From Vicinamibacteria bacterium (lineage in GTDB: Bacteria; Acidobacteriota; Vicinamibacteria; Marinacidobacterales; Marinacidobacteraceae): a stretch of DNA of 64,000 bases. Of this stretch, positions 42,158 to 52,032 are shown piece after piece. The notes beneath the pieces are model-generated. The model made no database searches and had not been told where the DNA came from. It saw nothing but the letters and a program-made list of their open reading frames with translations. The stretch's first letter is position 1; the number at the start of each line of letters is the position of its first letter. The stretch is taken from the NCBI GenBank assembly GCA_963668695.2, contig CAXXLQ010000004.1, positions 3,584,001-3,648,000 on the forward strand, read 5' to 3'. Position numbers and translations under genes: made by a program.

Positions 42158-42595
42158 CTAACGCCGTTTCTCCCGCAGCCGGGCTGCCTTTCCCTTGCGC
42201 TCGCGCAGGAAATAGAGCTTGGCGCGCCGCACATGGTGTGAACGGATGACCTCCACCTTCGCCACCAGGGGCGAATGGAGCGGGAAGATCCGCTCGACGG
42301 CGACCCCGAAGGAGGTCTTGCGGACCGTGATCGTGCGGCGGTTTCCACCGTGCTTCATCGCGATCAGGATTCCCTCGAAAATCTGGATCCGCTCCCGGTC
42401 CCCTTCACGGATCGTCGCATGGACCCGAACCGCATCTCCCGGATGGAGGTCCGGTCGGTCCGCCTTCAGATCGGCGGCCTCCAGTTCCCGGATGACTTCG
42501 GCTGCCGGTTTGACCCGGGAGGGCTGATCTTCCGCGGAGACCGCCAGGGCGCTCTCTTCGGGTCCGTCCGCGGTCGGTTGCTCGCTCACACTCAT
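42158..42595 (-). CDS. rplS: 50S ribosomal protein L19
   Basis: PGDAVRV, RIQIFEG, VRKTSFGVAVERIFP, VRRAKLYFLR. Confidence 0.96.
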   Translation of the reverse strand: MSVSEQPTADGPEESALAVSAEDQPSRVKPAAEVIRELEAADLKADRPDLHPGDAVRVHATIREGDRERIQIFEGILIAMKHGGNRRTITVRKTSFGVAVERIFPLHSPLVAKVEVIRSHHVRRAKLYFLRERKGKAARLREKRR

Positions 42596-43332
42596 GATGG
42601 TTTCTCCTTCGTATCTGGATTCGACTTCCGGGCCGCGTCTCTTTCTCCGGCAAACGCCCGGAACAAGTCGGGGCGGCGGCTTCTGGTCAGCTCTACGGAC
42701 TGTTCCCGGCGGAACTGGCGAACCGCCTCGTGGTTCCCCGAAAGGAGCACCGGAGGCACTTCCTGGCCCCGGAAGACCGGGGGACGGGTGTAATGGGCGT
42801 GTTCCAGCAAACCCGTGACGAACGACTCGTCGACAACGGATTCGGAGTCGCCCACGGCCCCGGGGATCAGGCGGGCCACGGCGTCCACGACGACCATTGC
42901 CGGAATCTCCCCGCCCGAGAGGACGTAGTCTCCAACCGAGACCTCCTCCGCTTCGGTCAGCGCGGCAAAGCGTTCGTCCACACCTTCGTACCGCCCGGCG
43001 ACCAGCAGTAGCCGCGGCTCCCGCGCGAGGTCGGCCACCAGGTCCTGGTCGAGCCGTCGGCCGCGCGGCGAGAACAGGATGACCCGGGGCTCTTCCGAGG
43101 CGAGCGCGCCGATCGCCTCCACCGCCTCGACGAGCGGTTCGACGCGCATCACCATTCCCGGCCCGCCACCGTAGGGGGCATCGTCGGCCCGCTGGAAGCG
43201 GCCCTCGGTCCAGTTCGTCAGCGCGTGCGTTTCGATGTGCAGGAGACCGGCCTGCCGCGCCCGCCGCACGATCCCGTGGTCGAAGACCTCCCGGAACATG
43301 CCGGGCAGCAGGCTCAGGATGTCAACGCGCAT
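42592..43332 (-). CDS. trmD: tRNA (guanine-N1)-methyltransferase
   Basis: DDAPYGGGPGMV, GRYEGVDER, GDYVLSGGE, YTRP, LLSGNH. Confidence 0.96.
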   Translation of the reverse strand: MRVDILSLLPGMFREVFDHGIVRRARQAGLLHIETHALTNWTEGRFQRADDAPYGGGPGMVMRVEPLVEAVEAIGALASEEPRVILFSPRGRRLDQDLVADLAREPRLLLVAGRYEGVDERFAALTEAEEVSVGDYVLSGGEIPAMVVVDAVARLIPGAVGDSESVVDESFVTGLLEHAHYTRPPVFRGQEVPPVLLSGNHEAVRQFRREQSVELTRSRRPDLFRAFAGERDAARKSNPDTKEKPS

Positions 43333-43972
43333 TGCTGTCGGTCGGGTTGTTGAGCCCCAAAAGTCCCTGAGGGATGTTGAGAACCACCCGCCCGGTTGTT
43401 TTTCCGGTGGGCGGTTCGACCAGGACGCAGAGGGCTTCGACGAAGGGGATGAGGTCTTCCGAACCGTCGGGGCCGCGCAGGACGAGGAGAGTGGGGCCGG
43501 CGGTGTCGAGGGTGTCCACGATCTCGCCGAGGTGGACTCCTTCCTCGCTTTCGGCCTTGCAGCCGACGAGCTGGTCGGAGTAGTAGCGGCCCTCCGGGAG
43601 GGGCGCCCGCTCGGCATCAGGGATGCGGACTTCCATCCCCCGGAGAGTTTCGGCGGAGGTGATGTCGCTCATCCCTTCGAACAGGATCACCGGACGTCCC
43701 TTGTGGATGCGCACCGAATCGAGGGAACGCCGGGTTCCCGGCCGTCCCGAGGGACCGACTTCGGCGTTTTCGATTTCGAGGAAACGGCCGGGATCGTCGG
43801 TCAGCGGCTGGACGAAGACTTCCCCGCGCCGGCCGAACGGCCGGACGACCTGACCGACTACAACGTCGACGGTGGCGTCATCTCCTGCATCCCGGATTCC
43901 GCCCTCCCGGGAATCCGGGATAGCGGTCCGCGCCTCGGGCACGAGCCCGGATGACGATGTGCCGGAAGCCAT
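43322..43972 (-). CDS. rimM: Ribosome maturation factor RimM
   Basis: VGQVVRPFGRRGE, YYSDQLVG, LIPFV; lies between rpsP and trmD. Confidence 0.9.
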   Translation of the reverse strand: MASGTSSSGLVPEARTAIPDSREGGIRDAGDDATVDVVVGQVVRPFGRRGEVFVQPLTDDPGRFLEIENAEVGPSGRPGTRRSLDSVRIHKGRPVILFEGMSDITSAETLRGMEVRIPDAERAPLPEGRYYSDQLVGCKAESEEGVHLGEIVDTLDTAGPTLLVLRGPDGSEDLIPFVEALCVLVEPPTGKTTGRVVLNIPQGLLGLNNPTDSNAR

Positions 43973-43981
43973 GATCGCTAG

Positions 43982-44180
43982 CGGCCGGTGGACAAAGTCA
44001 CGTCAGCACCGAGACCGGCCAGTTCTCCCGGTGGGGGCGAGGCGCCCGGCTGACAAGGCGCGCGAGGGAGGAATACCGAGTGTATTTCGACCGAAGCGCA
44101 ACGATGAGCGCCTCGCAGAGGCGCGGTTCAGCCGGGATGGATCGCCGGTCGAATGCAGCGTGACTTTGTGCACCGGTGGC
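43982..44180. repeat. MITE copy upstream of rimM
   Basis: CTAG-CGGCCGGTGGACAAAGTCAC ... GTGACTTTGTGCACCGG; shared core. Confidence 0.75.
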
Positions 44181-44364
44181 TTGGTCTCCTGGTCACGCTC
44201 GCCTTGGGGGAGTGGATTGTGTCGGCTGCCTGTGATTCGTGTGCTCGTGATCTGCGGGCGGCGAAGGGCCCCGCAGGGGGAACGGCCCCGCAGGAGCCGT
44301 CAGTCTGAATCCCCGGAGGATTCAGCGCTGCCGGCCGCAGGCGCCGCTTCCGGCCGCGAAACGC

Positions 44365-44697
44365 TTATGCGGATTCGTTGGATCCGGACTTCCCGGACCC
44401 GTTTCCTTCAGTTTGGTCTTCTTCGGCTGGGTTTTCTTCGGATTGGGCGGGCTCGGCGAGCACTTTCTTCAGAAAGCTCTTGACCGTGAGACTCGGCTGC
44501 GCCCCGTGCCCGAGCCAGTAGCGGGCGCGGTCGGCCTTGATGTGCAGCCGGTCTTCCGCATCGTTGGGCATGCGCGGGTGGTAGTAGCCAAGCGTCTCAA
44601 CAATGCGACCGACCCGTCCATGCACCGAATCCGACACGACCACCCGGAAATGGGCGTCGCGCTTCCGACCGGTGCGGGCAAGCCTGATGTTCAACAC
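44365..44697 (-). CDS. rpsP: 30S ribosomal protein S16
   Basis: IRLARTGRK..FRVVVSDS..ETLGYY..WLGHGAQPS. Confidence 0.93.
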   Translation of the reverse strand: MLNIRLARTGRKRDAHFRVVVSDSVHGRVGRIVETLGYYHPRMPNDAEDRLHIKADRARYWLGHGAQPSLTVKSFLKKVLAEPAQSEENPAEEDQTEGNGSGKSGSNESA

Positions 44698-44789
44698 GGA
44701 GAAGAGCCTCGATTCTGGAAAAAGCCGCCGCCGACGGCTGCTCCGAAGGTCGGAAGGGTAGGCCGAACCCACCTTCCAGTCAAGGTCAT

Positions 44790-45743
44790 TCAGATACCCA
44801 GGTCACGCAGAATTCCAGGATTGTCCCGCCATTTCGCCCGGACTTTCACCTGCAGATCGAGAAAAACCTGACGGCCGATCCGTTTTTCGATACGCCCGCG
44901 CGCCTCGGTGCCGATTCGCTTCAGCATCTGGCCTCCCCGGCCGATCACGATCCCCTTCTGGGAGTCCCGATCCAGGAGCAGCGAGGCCGCGATGCGGACC
45001 AGGGGGCCGGAATCGTCGTACTCCTCGATCCGGACCGCGGCGGCGTGCGGGACCTCCTGATGGAGGTTCTCGAGCATCCGCTCGCGGACGATCTCCGACG
45101 CGAAGAAGGCTTCCGGAAGATCGGTGATCTGGCCGTCGGGATAGAGGGGAGGACTGAAGGGAAGACGCGCCGTGAGCGTTCCGACCAGCGAGTCGGCCGC
45201 GCTGTCCCCCTGCCCCCGGTCTTCGGGGTCTTCCATATTCGTTCCGGTGCGCGCCGAGAACGCCACCACCGGACCCAGCTGCTGCTCCCGGTAGAACGCT
45301 TCGAGTTCCCCGCGCCGGAGACGGGGCGCCGCGTCGATCTTGTTGATGCCGATCACCCGGGGACCGGGAAAACCCTCCAGCCGGCGAAGGAGATCCCGGT
45401 CGGCGTCGGAGAGAGCCCGGGTTCCGTCCACGACCGCGAGCGCCACGTCCGCTCCCCCGAGACTCTGGGTCACCGTCCGCATCATCGCCCGGCCGAGGCC
45501 GGTCCGGGGCCGGTGGATTCCCGGGGTGTCCAGCAGGATCAGCTCCAACCCCGGGCGGCGGGCGACGCCGAGGATGCGGCGCCGGGTGGTCTGGGGCTTC
45601 TTGTGGACCGCCGCCAGCCGTTCCCCGACCAGGCGGTTCAGAAGGGTGGATTTCCCGGCGCCCGGCAGCCCGACCACCGCCACGAAGCCGGCGCGGTGTT
45701 CGGGGTTTTCCAGCGGGCCCGGTTCAGACGGTAAGGAGGTCAA
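44790..45743 (-). CDS. era: GTPase Era
   Basis: GFVAVVG..GKSTL, PQTTR, DTPG, NKID, EVPH, SQKGIVIGRGG KH domain. Confidence 0.94.
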   Translation of the reverse strand: MTSLPSEPGPLENPEHRAGFVAVVGLPGAGKSTLLNRLVGERLAAVHKKPQTTRRRILGVARRPGLELILLDTPGIHRPRTGLGRAMMRTVTQSLGGADVALAVVDGTRALSDADRDLLRRLEGFPGPRVIGINKIDAAPRLRRGELEAFYREQQLGPVVAFSARTGTNMEDPEDRGQGDSAADSLVGTLTARLPFSPPLYPDGQITDLPEAFFASEIVRERMLENLHQEVPHAAAVRIEEYDDSGPLVRIAASLLLDRDSQKGIVIGRGGQMLKRIGTEARGRIEKRIGRQVFLDLQVKVRAKWRDNPGILRDLGI

Positions 45744-45747
45744 TTAA

Positions 45748-46436
45748 CAGCCTGTAGTGGAACCCGGGTGAGCGCCGAGAGCGGGGAGGCCCAGTTCTCC
45801 CGGTGGGGGTCCGGCTGACAAGGCGCGTGAGGGAGGAGCCCCCACCGGGAGAACTGGCCCGAGTGTATTTCGACCGAAACGCAACGCAGAGCGCCGCGCA
45901 GCGGCGCGGGTAACAGCCTGTGGTGGAACCCGGGTGAGCGCCGAGGTTGGCCAGTCCTCCCGGTGGGGGCGAGACGCCCGGCTGACAAGGCGCGTGAGAG
46001 AGGAGCCCCCACCGGGAGAACTGGCCCGGGTGTATTTCGACCGAAACGCAACGATGAGCGGCGCGCAGCGACGCGGGTAACAGCCGGTGGTGGAACCCGG
46101 GTGAGCGCCGAGGTTGGCCAGTCCTCCCGGTGGGGGCGAGACGCCCGGCTGACAAGGCGCGTGAGAGAGGAGCCCCACCGGGAGAACTGGCCCGGGTGTA
46201 TTTCGACCGAAACGCAACGATGAGCGGCGCGCAGCGACGCGGTCAGCCGGGATGGATCGCCGGCCGAACGCCGCGTGGGTTTCGTCACCGGCTGTTTGCC
46301 CGGGATGGATCGCCGGCCGAGCCCCCACCGGGAGAACTGGGCCGCGTGGGTTCCACCACCGGCTGTTTGGCCGGGATGCATCGCCGCTCGAGCCCCCACC
46401 GGGAGAACTGGGCCGCCTGGGTCTCACCACAGGCTG
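45748..46436. repeat. Tandem array of MITE units (~166-bp period) carrying eight 18-20 bp modules
   Basis: Units start near 45748, 45914, 46081; repeated 3' ends; flanks TTAA and TTAG (hlyC stop). Confidence 0.85.
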
Positions 46437-47660
46437 TTAGCCTCTCCCAACTCGCGCCAGGCGGACGCGGTGGATCCGCCGCTCGTCGGCCTCGAGGATC
46501 TCGATGCGGAGGCCGTCGTGCTCGATCGCTTCGCCGGGCGCCGGAATCTTCCGGAAGGCCGCGAGCGCGAAACCGGAGATGGTGTCGAAGGCGGCGCCAT
46601 TCAGGGAGTCGGGGAGCAGCAGCCCCGTCACCCGTGAAATCTCATCGAGTTCCGCCCCGCCGCGAACCCGGAAGACGCCATCCGCCTCGCGCACCAGGTC
46701 CTCTTCCAGAGGCTCGTCCTCCTCGTGGACCTCACCCACGATTTCCTCCGAGATGTCACGAAGCGTCACGATGCCCGAAACACTGGCGTGTTCGTCCACA
46801 ACCACCGCGAATGTCTGCTTGGAGAGCTTGAACTCGCGCAGCATTTCGTCCACCCGTTTGGTCTCCGGCACCACGGGCACGTCCCGGAGCAGCGGAGCGA
46901 GTCCCTGGCGGTCTCCGGGTACGGCGATCAGGTCCACGGCATCCACCACCCCCACCACCTGGTCGGCGGCGCCGAAGACCGGAATCCGGTGGTGCCGGCT
47001 GTCGGCGATGAGACGCTCGACCTCCTGCCGCGAGGCCTCGGCGGACACCGAGACGACGTTCGGCCGCGGCGTCATCACCTCGCGCACCAGCATTTCGTCC
47101 AGCTCCAGAACGCCGCGCACCATCGCCGCCTCTTCTTCTTCGAGGATCCCCTCTTCCTCGCCGGTTTCGAGAAAGGCCTCCACCTCCTCGTCCGAAGCTT
47201 CGTCGTCCGGCTCCGAGGGGAGCGGGAAACCGCGCCGCAAGAGGTTGCGGAACGGCTCGGCGAAGGGGCGGACGAGCCGTTCCCAGCGGCCGAACCAGGG
47301 CAGGAGCGGAAGCAGCACGTCTTCCGGGTCGCGCAGCAGGATGGCGGCAGGAACCAGTTCCCGGAGGATGAACCACGCCGGGACGAAGACGCCGAAGGTC
47401 CACAGGAGGCCCGTAGCGCCGAAACCCATCCGATCGAGCACGAAGCCGAGGAGCGCGCCGGCCATCAGGAGACCGAAACGAGCCGGGATGAGCACCACGA
47501 GCGGGTCCGCCAGGCGTTCCCGCAGCGTGCGCGCTTCCTCGACGCTTTCGCCGAGAGCCCGGACCGCGATGGGGCTGGACGCGAAGAACGCGATCTCGAA
47601 GAGGGCGAAGAGAACGACGAGGAGGCCGGCGACCAGCAGGAGCGCGAACCAGAGGACCAT
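46437..47660 (-). CDS. HlyC/CorC family CBS-domain transporter
   Basis: N-terminal transmembrane helices, VREVMTPR, HRIPVF, VVVDEH, EEIVGE, CorC C-terminal domain. Confidence 0.88.
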   Translation of the reverse strand: MVLWFALLLVAGLLVVLFALFEIAFFASSPIAVRALGESVEEARTLRERLADPLVVLIPARFGLLMAGALLGFVLDRMGFGATGLLWTFGVFVPAWFILRELVPAAILLRDPEDVLLPLLPWFGRWERLVRPFAEPFRNLLRRGFPLPSEPDDEASDEEVEAFLETGEEEGILEEEEAAMVRGVLELDEMLVREVMTPRPNVVSVSAEASRQEVERLIADSRHHRIPVFGAADQVVGVVDAVDLIAVPGDRQGLAPLLRDVPVVPETKRVDEMLREFKLSKQTFAVVVDEHASVSGIVTLRDISEEIVGEVHEEDEPLEEDLVREADGVFRVRGGAELDEISRVTGLLLPDSLNGAAFDTISGFALAAFRKIPAPGEAIEHDGLRIEILEADERRIHRVRLARVGRG

Positions 47661-47667
47661 GGGTTAG

Positions 47668-47900
47668 CAGCCTGTGGACAAGGTGGCGTGAGCGCCGAGA
47701 GCGGTGAGGCCCAGTTCTCCCGGTGGGGGTCCGGCTGACAAGGCGCGCGAGGGAGGAGCCCCCACCGGGAGAACTGGCCCGAGTGTATTTCGACTGAAGC
47801 GCAACGATGAGCGAAGCGATGCGAAGCGTTTCAGCCGGGATGCATCGGCGCTCGAGCCCCCACCGGGAGAACTGGGCCGCGTCACTTTGTTCACAGGCTG
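47668..47900. repeat. MITE copy between ybeY and hlyC
   Basis: TTAG-CAGCCTGTGG...CACAGGCTG-TTAA; the TTAA contains the ybeY stop. Confidence 0.85.
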
Positions 47901-48362
47901 TTAATTCCGGAGCAGTCCGTGCCGTAATCGGAGCACGCGCTCGAGTCTCTCCATCTCGCCGCGGTCCTGCTCGTGGTCGTATCCGAGGAGGTGCAGGTAG
48001 CCGTGAACCGCCAGGACGCGGAGTTCGTCGTCGAGTCCGACGCCCGCTTCCTGCGCCTGACGCGCAGCGGTGTCCGCGGAAACCACCAGATCCCCGAGGT
48101 ACTCCGCCTCGTCCTCGCCCAGGAACTCCGAAGGCACGGGATCCGCCGGAAAGGCGAGCACGTCCGTCGGGCGATCCTTGTCGCGGAAGCGGCGATTCAG
48201 TTCCCGGATCTTCCGGTCCGAGACGATCCGGAGGGTGGCGGCGCGATGATCCCCCGGCGCCACGTCCGCGGCGATTCGTTCGAGGAAGGCGGAAAGCTCC
48301 CGCGGGTCCACTGCGAAACGGCGCTGGCGGTTTTGCACTGCGAACCGCGCGGGAGGGCTCAC
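47901..48362 (-). CDS. ybeY: rRNA maturation RNase YbeY
   Basis: LNRRFR..PTDVLAF, LGDLVVS, HGYLHLLGYDH; start uncertain. Confidence 0.93.
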   Translation of the reverse strand: MSPPARFAVQNRQRRFAVDPRELSAFLERIAADVAPGDHRAATLRIVSDRKIRELNRRFRDKDRPTDVLAFPADPVPSEFLGEDEAEYLGDLVVSADTAARQAQEAGVGLDDELRVLAVHGYLHLLGYDHEQDRGEMERLERVLRLRHGLLRN

Positions 48363-48417
48363 GGGTTCCGTACGGTGGTGGGCGACGAAGCTGGAAACGC
48401 GGCGGCCGGGCGGGGCG

Positions 48418-50730
48418 TCATGAGAGCGATGGGCCGAACCCGGGCCCTCCGCCGGCAGCGGGCAGTGCCGGACCGGGGGCCGGAGTTCCCGCACGCTGCC
48501 GTCTCCCGAAGTCGAATCCCGGGTAGGGCACCCGCTCGTGATGGATCCCCTGCAGGCTCGAAAGGAAGCTCTCGCGGATGCGGACCATATCGCCGAGCGT
48601 CAGATCGCATTCGACCAGTTGATCGTCATCGACGATGGCGCCCATGATGCGATCGATCACCTCCTCGAACTCGGCGCCGGTCGGGTTCTTCAGGCTGCGG
48701 GCGGCGGCCTCGATGCTGTCGGCCATCATGATGATGGCTGTCTCGCGGGTCTGCGGGCGGGGGCCGGCGTAGCGGAACAGGCTCTCGTCGGCTTCGGAAC
48801 CGTTCTGGGCAGCCAGGGTCCGGGCTTTCTCGTAGAAGACACGAATGAGGCGGGTCCCGTGGTGTTGCGGGATCACGTCCACGATGTCCTTCGGGAGGTT
48901 CAGGCGCTCGGCGGCCTCGATTCCCTCGCTCACGTGCCTGCGGATGATGTCCGCGCTCTTTTCCGGGGGAAGGAGATCGTGGGGGGATTCACCGCGTATG
49001 TTCTCGATGAAGTACCCCGCCCGGTTCAGCTTGCCGATGTCGTGGTAGAGGGCGGCCGTCGCGCAGAAGGTCGAGTTGGCCCCGATGGCGTCGGCGGCGG
49101 ACTCGGAGAGCACCCCCACGGTCACGCTGTGCTGGTAGGTGCCGGGCGCGGTGAGCGCCAACTGGCGGAGGAGCGGGCTGTCGCGCTGCGACAACTCCAC
49201 GAGCCGCATCTCGCTGGTGCGCTCGAAGACGGTCTCCAGCACGGGCAGCAGCAGGATCACGAGAGGCCCGCAGAGGAGGCCGCCGGCAAAGGCGCTGACC
49301 GCTTCGAGGGACAACCGGGTCAGGCCGCCGAAGTCGCCGGTCACGAGTTCCATCGCGACGACCGGTCCGACTCCGAGGAGCCCGACCAGGGTCCCAACGC
49401 GCAGCAGTTGCGAGCGGCGTTCCGCAACCTGATAGATGAAGATCGCCCCAAATCCGGTCAGCAGGGCGAAGAGCCCCAGCTTCAGGTTGCCCGTCATGAG
49501 GGCCAGCGTCGCGGCAAAGAGCCCCTGGGTGATCACCGCCGACTGCTGCGTCTCCAGAATCACCACCAGCAGCGCCAGCGCGGCGAACGGAACGCCCCAC
49601 AGGTACACCAAGGGGTCGGAGAAGGGTTCACTCGCCAACTGGGCCGCGGCTCCGCGCCCGACGAAAGCGAGAACGCGCGTCAGGGTCAGGTGCAAGACGA
49701 TGAGAAAACCGCACATGGCGAATGCCTGACGTCCCCAGATCTCGTCCCGGCGGGCCGGAACCAGCAGCATCCCAAGCAGCACGACGACTGTGAGCGCGAA
49801 GACGATGGCGCCGACGCCGGCCCATCCGAAAGCTCCCACCCGCGGCGGGCGCATCCGCTCCATCTGGTAGCGGGCGAGTTCCGTTACCTCGTCGCCGGCG
49901 CGTACCAAGGTCCGACCGCGGCGCACCTGGATGAACACCGGATTCACCGACTGCTCGGCCTCCGTTCGGAGGTGGGTGGTCTCCACCGTATTCTGCTCCA
50001 GCGTGGGACGCATGAGTCTCGCCGCCAGCTCGCCGAGCGTCCGGCGGCGCGTCCGATTCAGTTCCGAGAGCGCGAGGATCTGCAGTTCGACCGCTCGCTG
50101 GGCTTCCTCCACCGAGAGCACGTTCGTGAAGTCGGCCAGCGGCTCGGTTTCGCCGCCTTGCGGATCGCGGCGCAGGATGGACCGGCCGAGCGCGGCGACC
50201 GCTCCCTTCTCCGCGAGGATGTCCCGCGCCAGCACGCTCGCCACCGTGTCGGCGAGGTTCTGCTCCATCTCCTCGGCGAACTCCAACTCCACCAGGAGCT
50301 GGAGCTGGGCCGCCGCGACTTCGATGCCGAGCATGCGGGCGAAGGTTTCGGGGAAGTCGGGTTCTCCCGCGATGTCGGATTCGACGGCCGCCCGCCCGAA
50401 TCCGAAACCGCGCGCGATCCGGGCGCGCGCCTCATCCCGGGCCTGGGAATCGAAGTCATAGACCTCGCGTACCTGCTCGACCGCTTCGCGCCGGCGTTCC
50501 TCCGTGGTGGCGGCGTCCTCGTAGGTGAAGTCCTCGGTGGCTCGCACGGTGCGCGGCGCGATCTCCCCCACCTCATAGAGGGGGGTCCGCAGCTCAAGTC
50601 CGGGCCAGATGAGAAGCCCGAGGGCCACCGCCAGGATGGCGGACACCACGCGGGTACGGGCGAACAGCCGATCCCGCTGCCGGAGCAGGAAGCTGCGCAG
50701 CGAGAAGTTCGCGAAGCGCCCCGTTTCCAT
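48418..50730 (-). CDS. 7TM-HD phosphohydrolase (PgpH/YqfF-like)
   Basis: Extracellular domain, 7 transmembrane helices, APGTYQHS, YHDIGK, HHGT, ADSIEAA; phoH-HD-ybeY synteny. Confidence 0.9.
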   Translation of the reverse strand: METGRFANFSLRSFLLRQRDRLFARTRVVSAILAVALGLLIWPGLELRTPLYEVGEIAPRTVRATEDFTYEDAATTEERRREAVEQVREVYDFDSQARDEARARIARGFGFGRAAVESDIAGEPDFPETFARMLGIEVAAAQLQLLVELEFAEEMEQNLADTVASVLARDILAEKGAVAALGRSILRRDPQGGETEPLADFTNVLSVEEAQRAVELQILALSELNRTRRRTLGELAARLMRPTLEQNTVETTHLRTEAEQSVNPVFIQVRRGRTLVRAGDEVTELARYQMERMRPPRVGAFGWAGVGAIVFALTVVVLLGMLLVPARRDEIWGRQAFAMCGFLIVLHLTLTRVLAFVGRGAAAQLASEPFSDPLVYLWGVPFAALALLVVILETQQSAVITQGLFAATLALMTGNLKLGLFALLTGFGAIFIYQVAERRSQLLRVGTLVGLLGVGPVVAMELVTGDFGGLTRLSLEAVSAFAGGLLCGPLVILLLPVLETVFERTSEMRLVELSQRDSPLLRQLALTAPGTYQHSVTVGVLSESAADAIGANSTFCATAALYHDIGKLNRAGYFIENIRGESPHDLLPPEKSADIIRRHVSEGIEAAERLNLPKDIVDVIPQHHGTRLIRVFYEKARTLAAQNGSEADESLFRYAGPRPQTRETAIIMMADSIEAAARSLKNPTGAEFEEVIDRIMGAIVDDDQLVECDLTLGDMVRIRESFLSSLQGIHHERVPYPGFDFGRRQRAGTPAPGPALPAAGGGPGFGPSLS

Positions 50731-50767
50731 CGTCGTCTTCCTGCTCAAAAGTCCAATCCTTCCAGAT

Positions 50768-51790
50768 TCAACGCGGTTCGGCGAATACCGGCGCGGGCTC
50801 GAATTCCTCGCTGCGCCGCGACCGCTTCCGGGCCTGGTCGCTCCGGGCCTGCTCGCTCCGGGCGTAGGCGCGGACGATCGCCTGCACGAGCCGGTGGCGC
50901 ACCACGTCGCTGTCTTCGAGCCGGACCAGACCCACTCCGTCGACGTTTCCGATCACCCCGAGGGACTCGACGAGCCCGCTCACCCGGCCCGGCGGGAGGT
51001 CGTTCTGGGTGATGTCTCCGGTCACCACGGCGCGCGTCCCGCTGCCCATGCGGGTCAGGAACATCTTCATCTGTTCCGAGGTGGTGTTTTGGGCCTCGTC
51101 GAGAATGATGAAAGCGTCGTTGAGCGTCCGCCCCCGCATGAAGGCGATCGGGGCGATCTCGATCACCCCCCGCTCCCGGAGCCGCTGCACCTTCTCGGCG
51201 TCCATCATGTCGTGGAGCGCGTCGTAGAGAGGGCGAAGATACGGGTCCACCTTGTCGATGACGTCGCCGGGAAGGAAGCCCAGCTTCTCGCCGGCCTCCA
51301 CCGCCGGCCGGGTGAGCACAATGCGCCGCACCTGCTGATTCCGGAGGGCCTCCACCGCCACCGCCATCGCGAGCCAGGTCTTGCCCGTTCCGGCCGGTCC
51401 GACCCCGAGGACAAGTTCCTTGGCGCGAAGAGCCCGGATGTACTCCAACTGGCGAAGGCTCCGAGGCCGCACGATCTTGCCCAGCGTGGGCGTGACGACG
51501 GTTTCCACGAAGTACTCGCGAAGTGAAGCGCCCGGATCCTGGCCCAGGATGCGGATGGCCGCGCGCAAGTCCCCGAACCGGTAGCGCTGGCCGAGATCGC
51601 GGTGGAGCGTCCCGAGCCCCTCGAGGGCGGTGCCGAGCAGGGCGATCCGGTCCTCCGGTCCTTCCGCGAGCAGGATGTCTCCCCGGCTCGCGAGCGTGAG
51701 GCCGAGGTCGTACTCGAGGGTGCGAAGGTTCCGGTCGCGGATACCGAAGAAGGAGAGTCCTCCTTCGCCGGGGATGGGAATTCGGGTCAT
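50768..51790 (-). CDS. phoH: PhoH-family ATPase
   Basis: GPAGTGKT, RPAVEAGEKLGFLPG, PYLRPLYD, RGRTL, DEAQN. Confidence 0.95.
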   Translation of the reverse strand: MTRIPIPGEGGLSFFGIRDRNLRTLEYDLGLTLASRGDILLAEGPEDRIALLGTALEGLGTLHRDLGQRYRFGDLRAAIRILGQDPGASLREYFVETVVTPTLGKIVRPRSLRQLEYIRALRAKELVLGVGPAGTGKTWLAMAVAVEALRNQQVRRIVLTRPAVEAGEKLGFLPGDVIDKVDPYLRPLYDALHDMMDAEKVQRLRERGVIEIAPIAFMRGRTLNDAFIILDEAQNTTSEQMKMFLTRMGSGTRAVVTGDITQNDLPPGRVSGLVESLGVIGNVDGVGLVRLEDSDVVRHRLVQAIVRAYARSEQARSDQARKRSRRSEEFEPAPVFAEPR

Positions 51791-51799
51791 GGAATCGTT

Positions 51800-51980
51800 T
51801 CTGGCGGGAACGGCGGACAGCGCTACGTCTCCCGCTTTCACCTGGGGGGCAGAGGAATCCGTGGGGCCGGCGGCACTCGCGGGGGCAGATCCGGCGGTGA
51901 GCGGACCGCGTGGTCGGCTCAGCACGGAATACAGCGAAGGCAGGGGCGAGAAACGTGGTCCGCCACGCGCTTCATAGACG
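51800..51980 (-). ncRNA. ssrS: Candidate 6S RNA
   Basis: ~170-nt irregular rod: GGCGGAC/GTCCGCC, ACGTTTCTCGC/GCGGGAGACGT, CCTG/CAGG, central bubble, TCCGTG/CACGGA, CGCGG/CCGCG, TCCG/CGGA; promoter immediately upstream. Confidence 0.6.
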
Positions 51981-51986
51981 TAATGG

Positions 51987-52015
51987 ACGCTAACACAGCC
52001 TCCGTGCGACGGCAA
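51987..52015 (-). promoter_or_regulatory. sigma70 promoter with extended -10
   Basis: TTGCCG-17nt-TAGCGT, with TGn directly before the -10. Confidence 0.55.
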
Positions 52016-52032
52016 ATCACGCCGCGTGGGAA

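Noticed and set aside
45724-46430. ORFs with repeated QFSRWG / APTGRTG / PHRENW peptides
   Set aside because: Translations of the intergenic repeats; no evidence they are genes.
45748-46436. CRISPR-like periodicity of the CCCCACCGGGAGAACTGG motif
   Set aside because: Intervening sequences are themselves repeated, orientation alternates, spacing is irregular and no cas genes are present.
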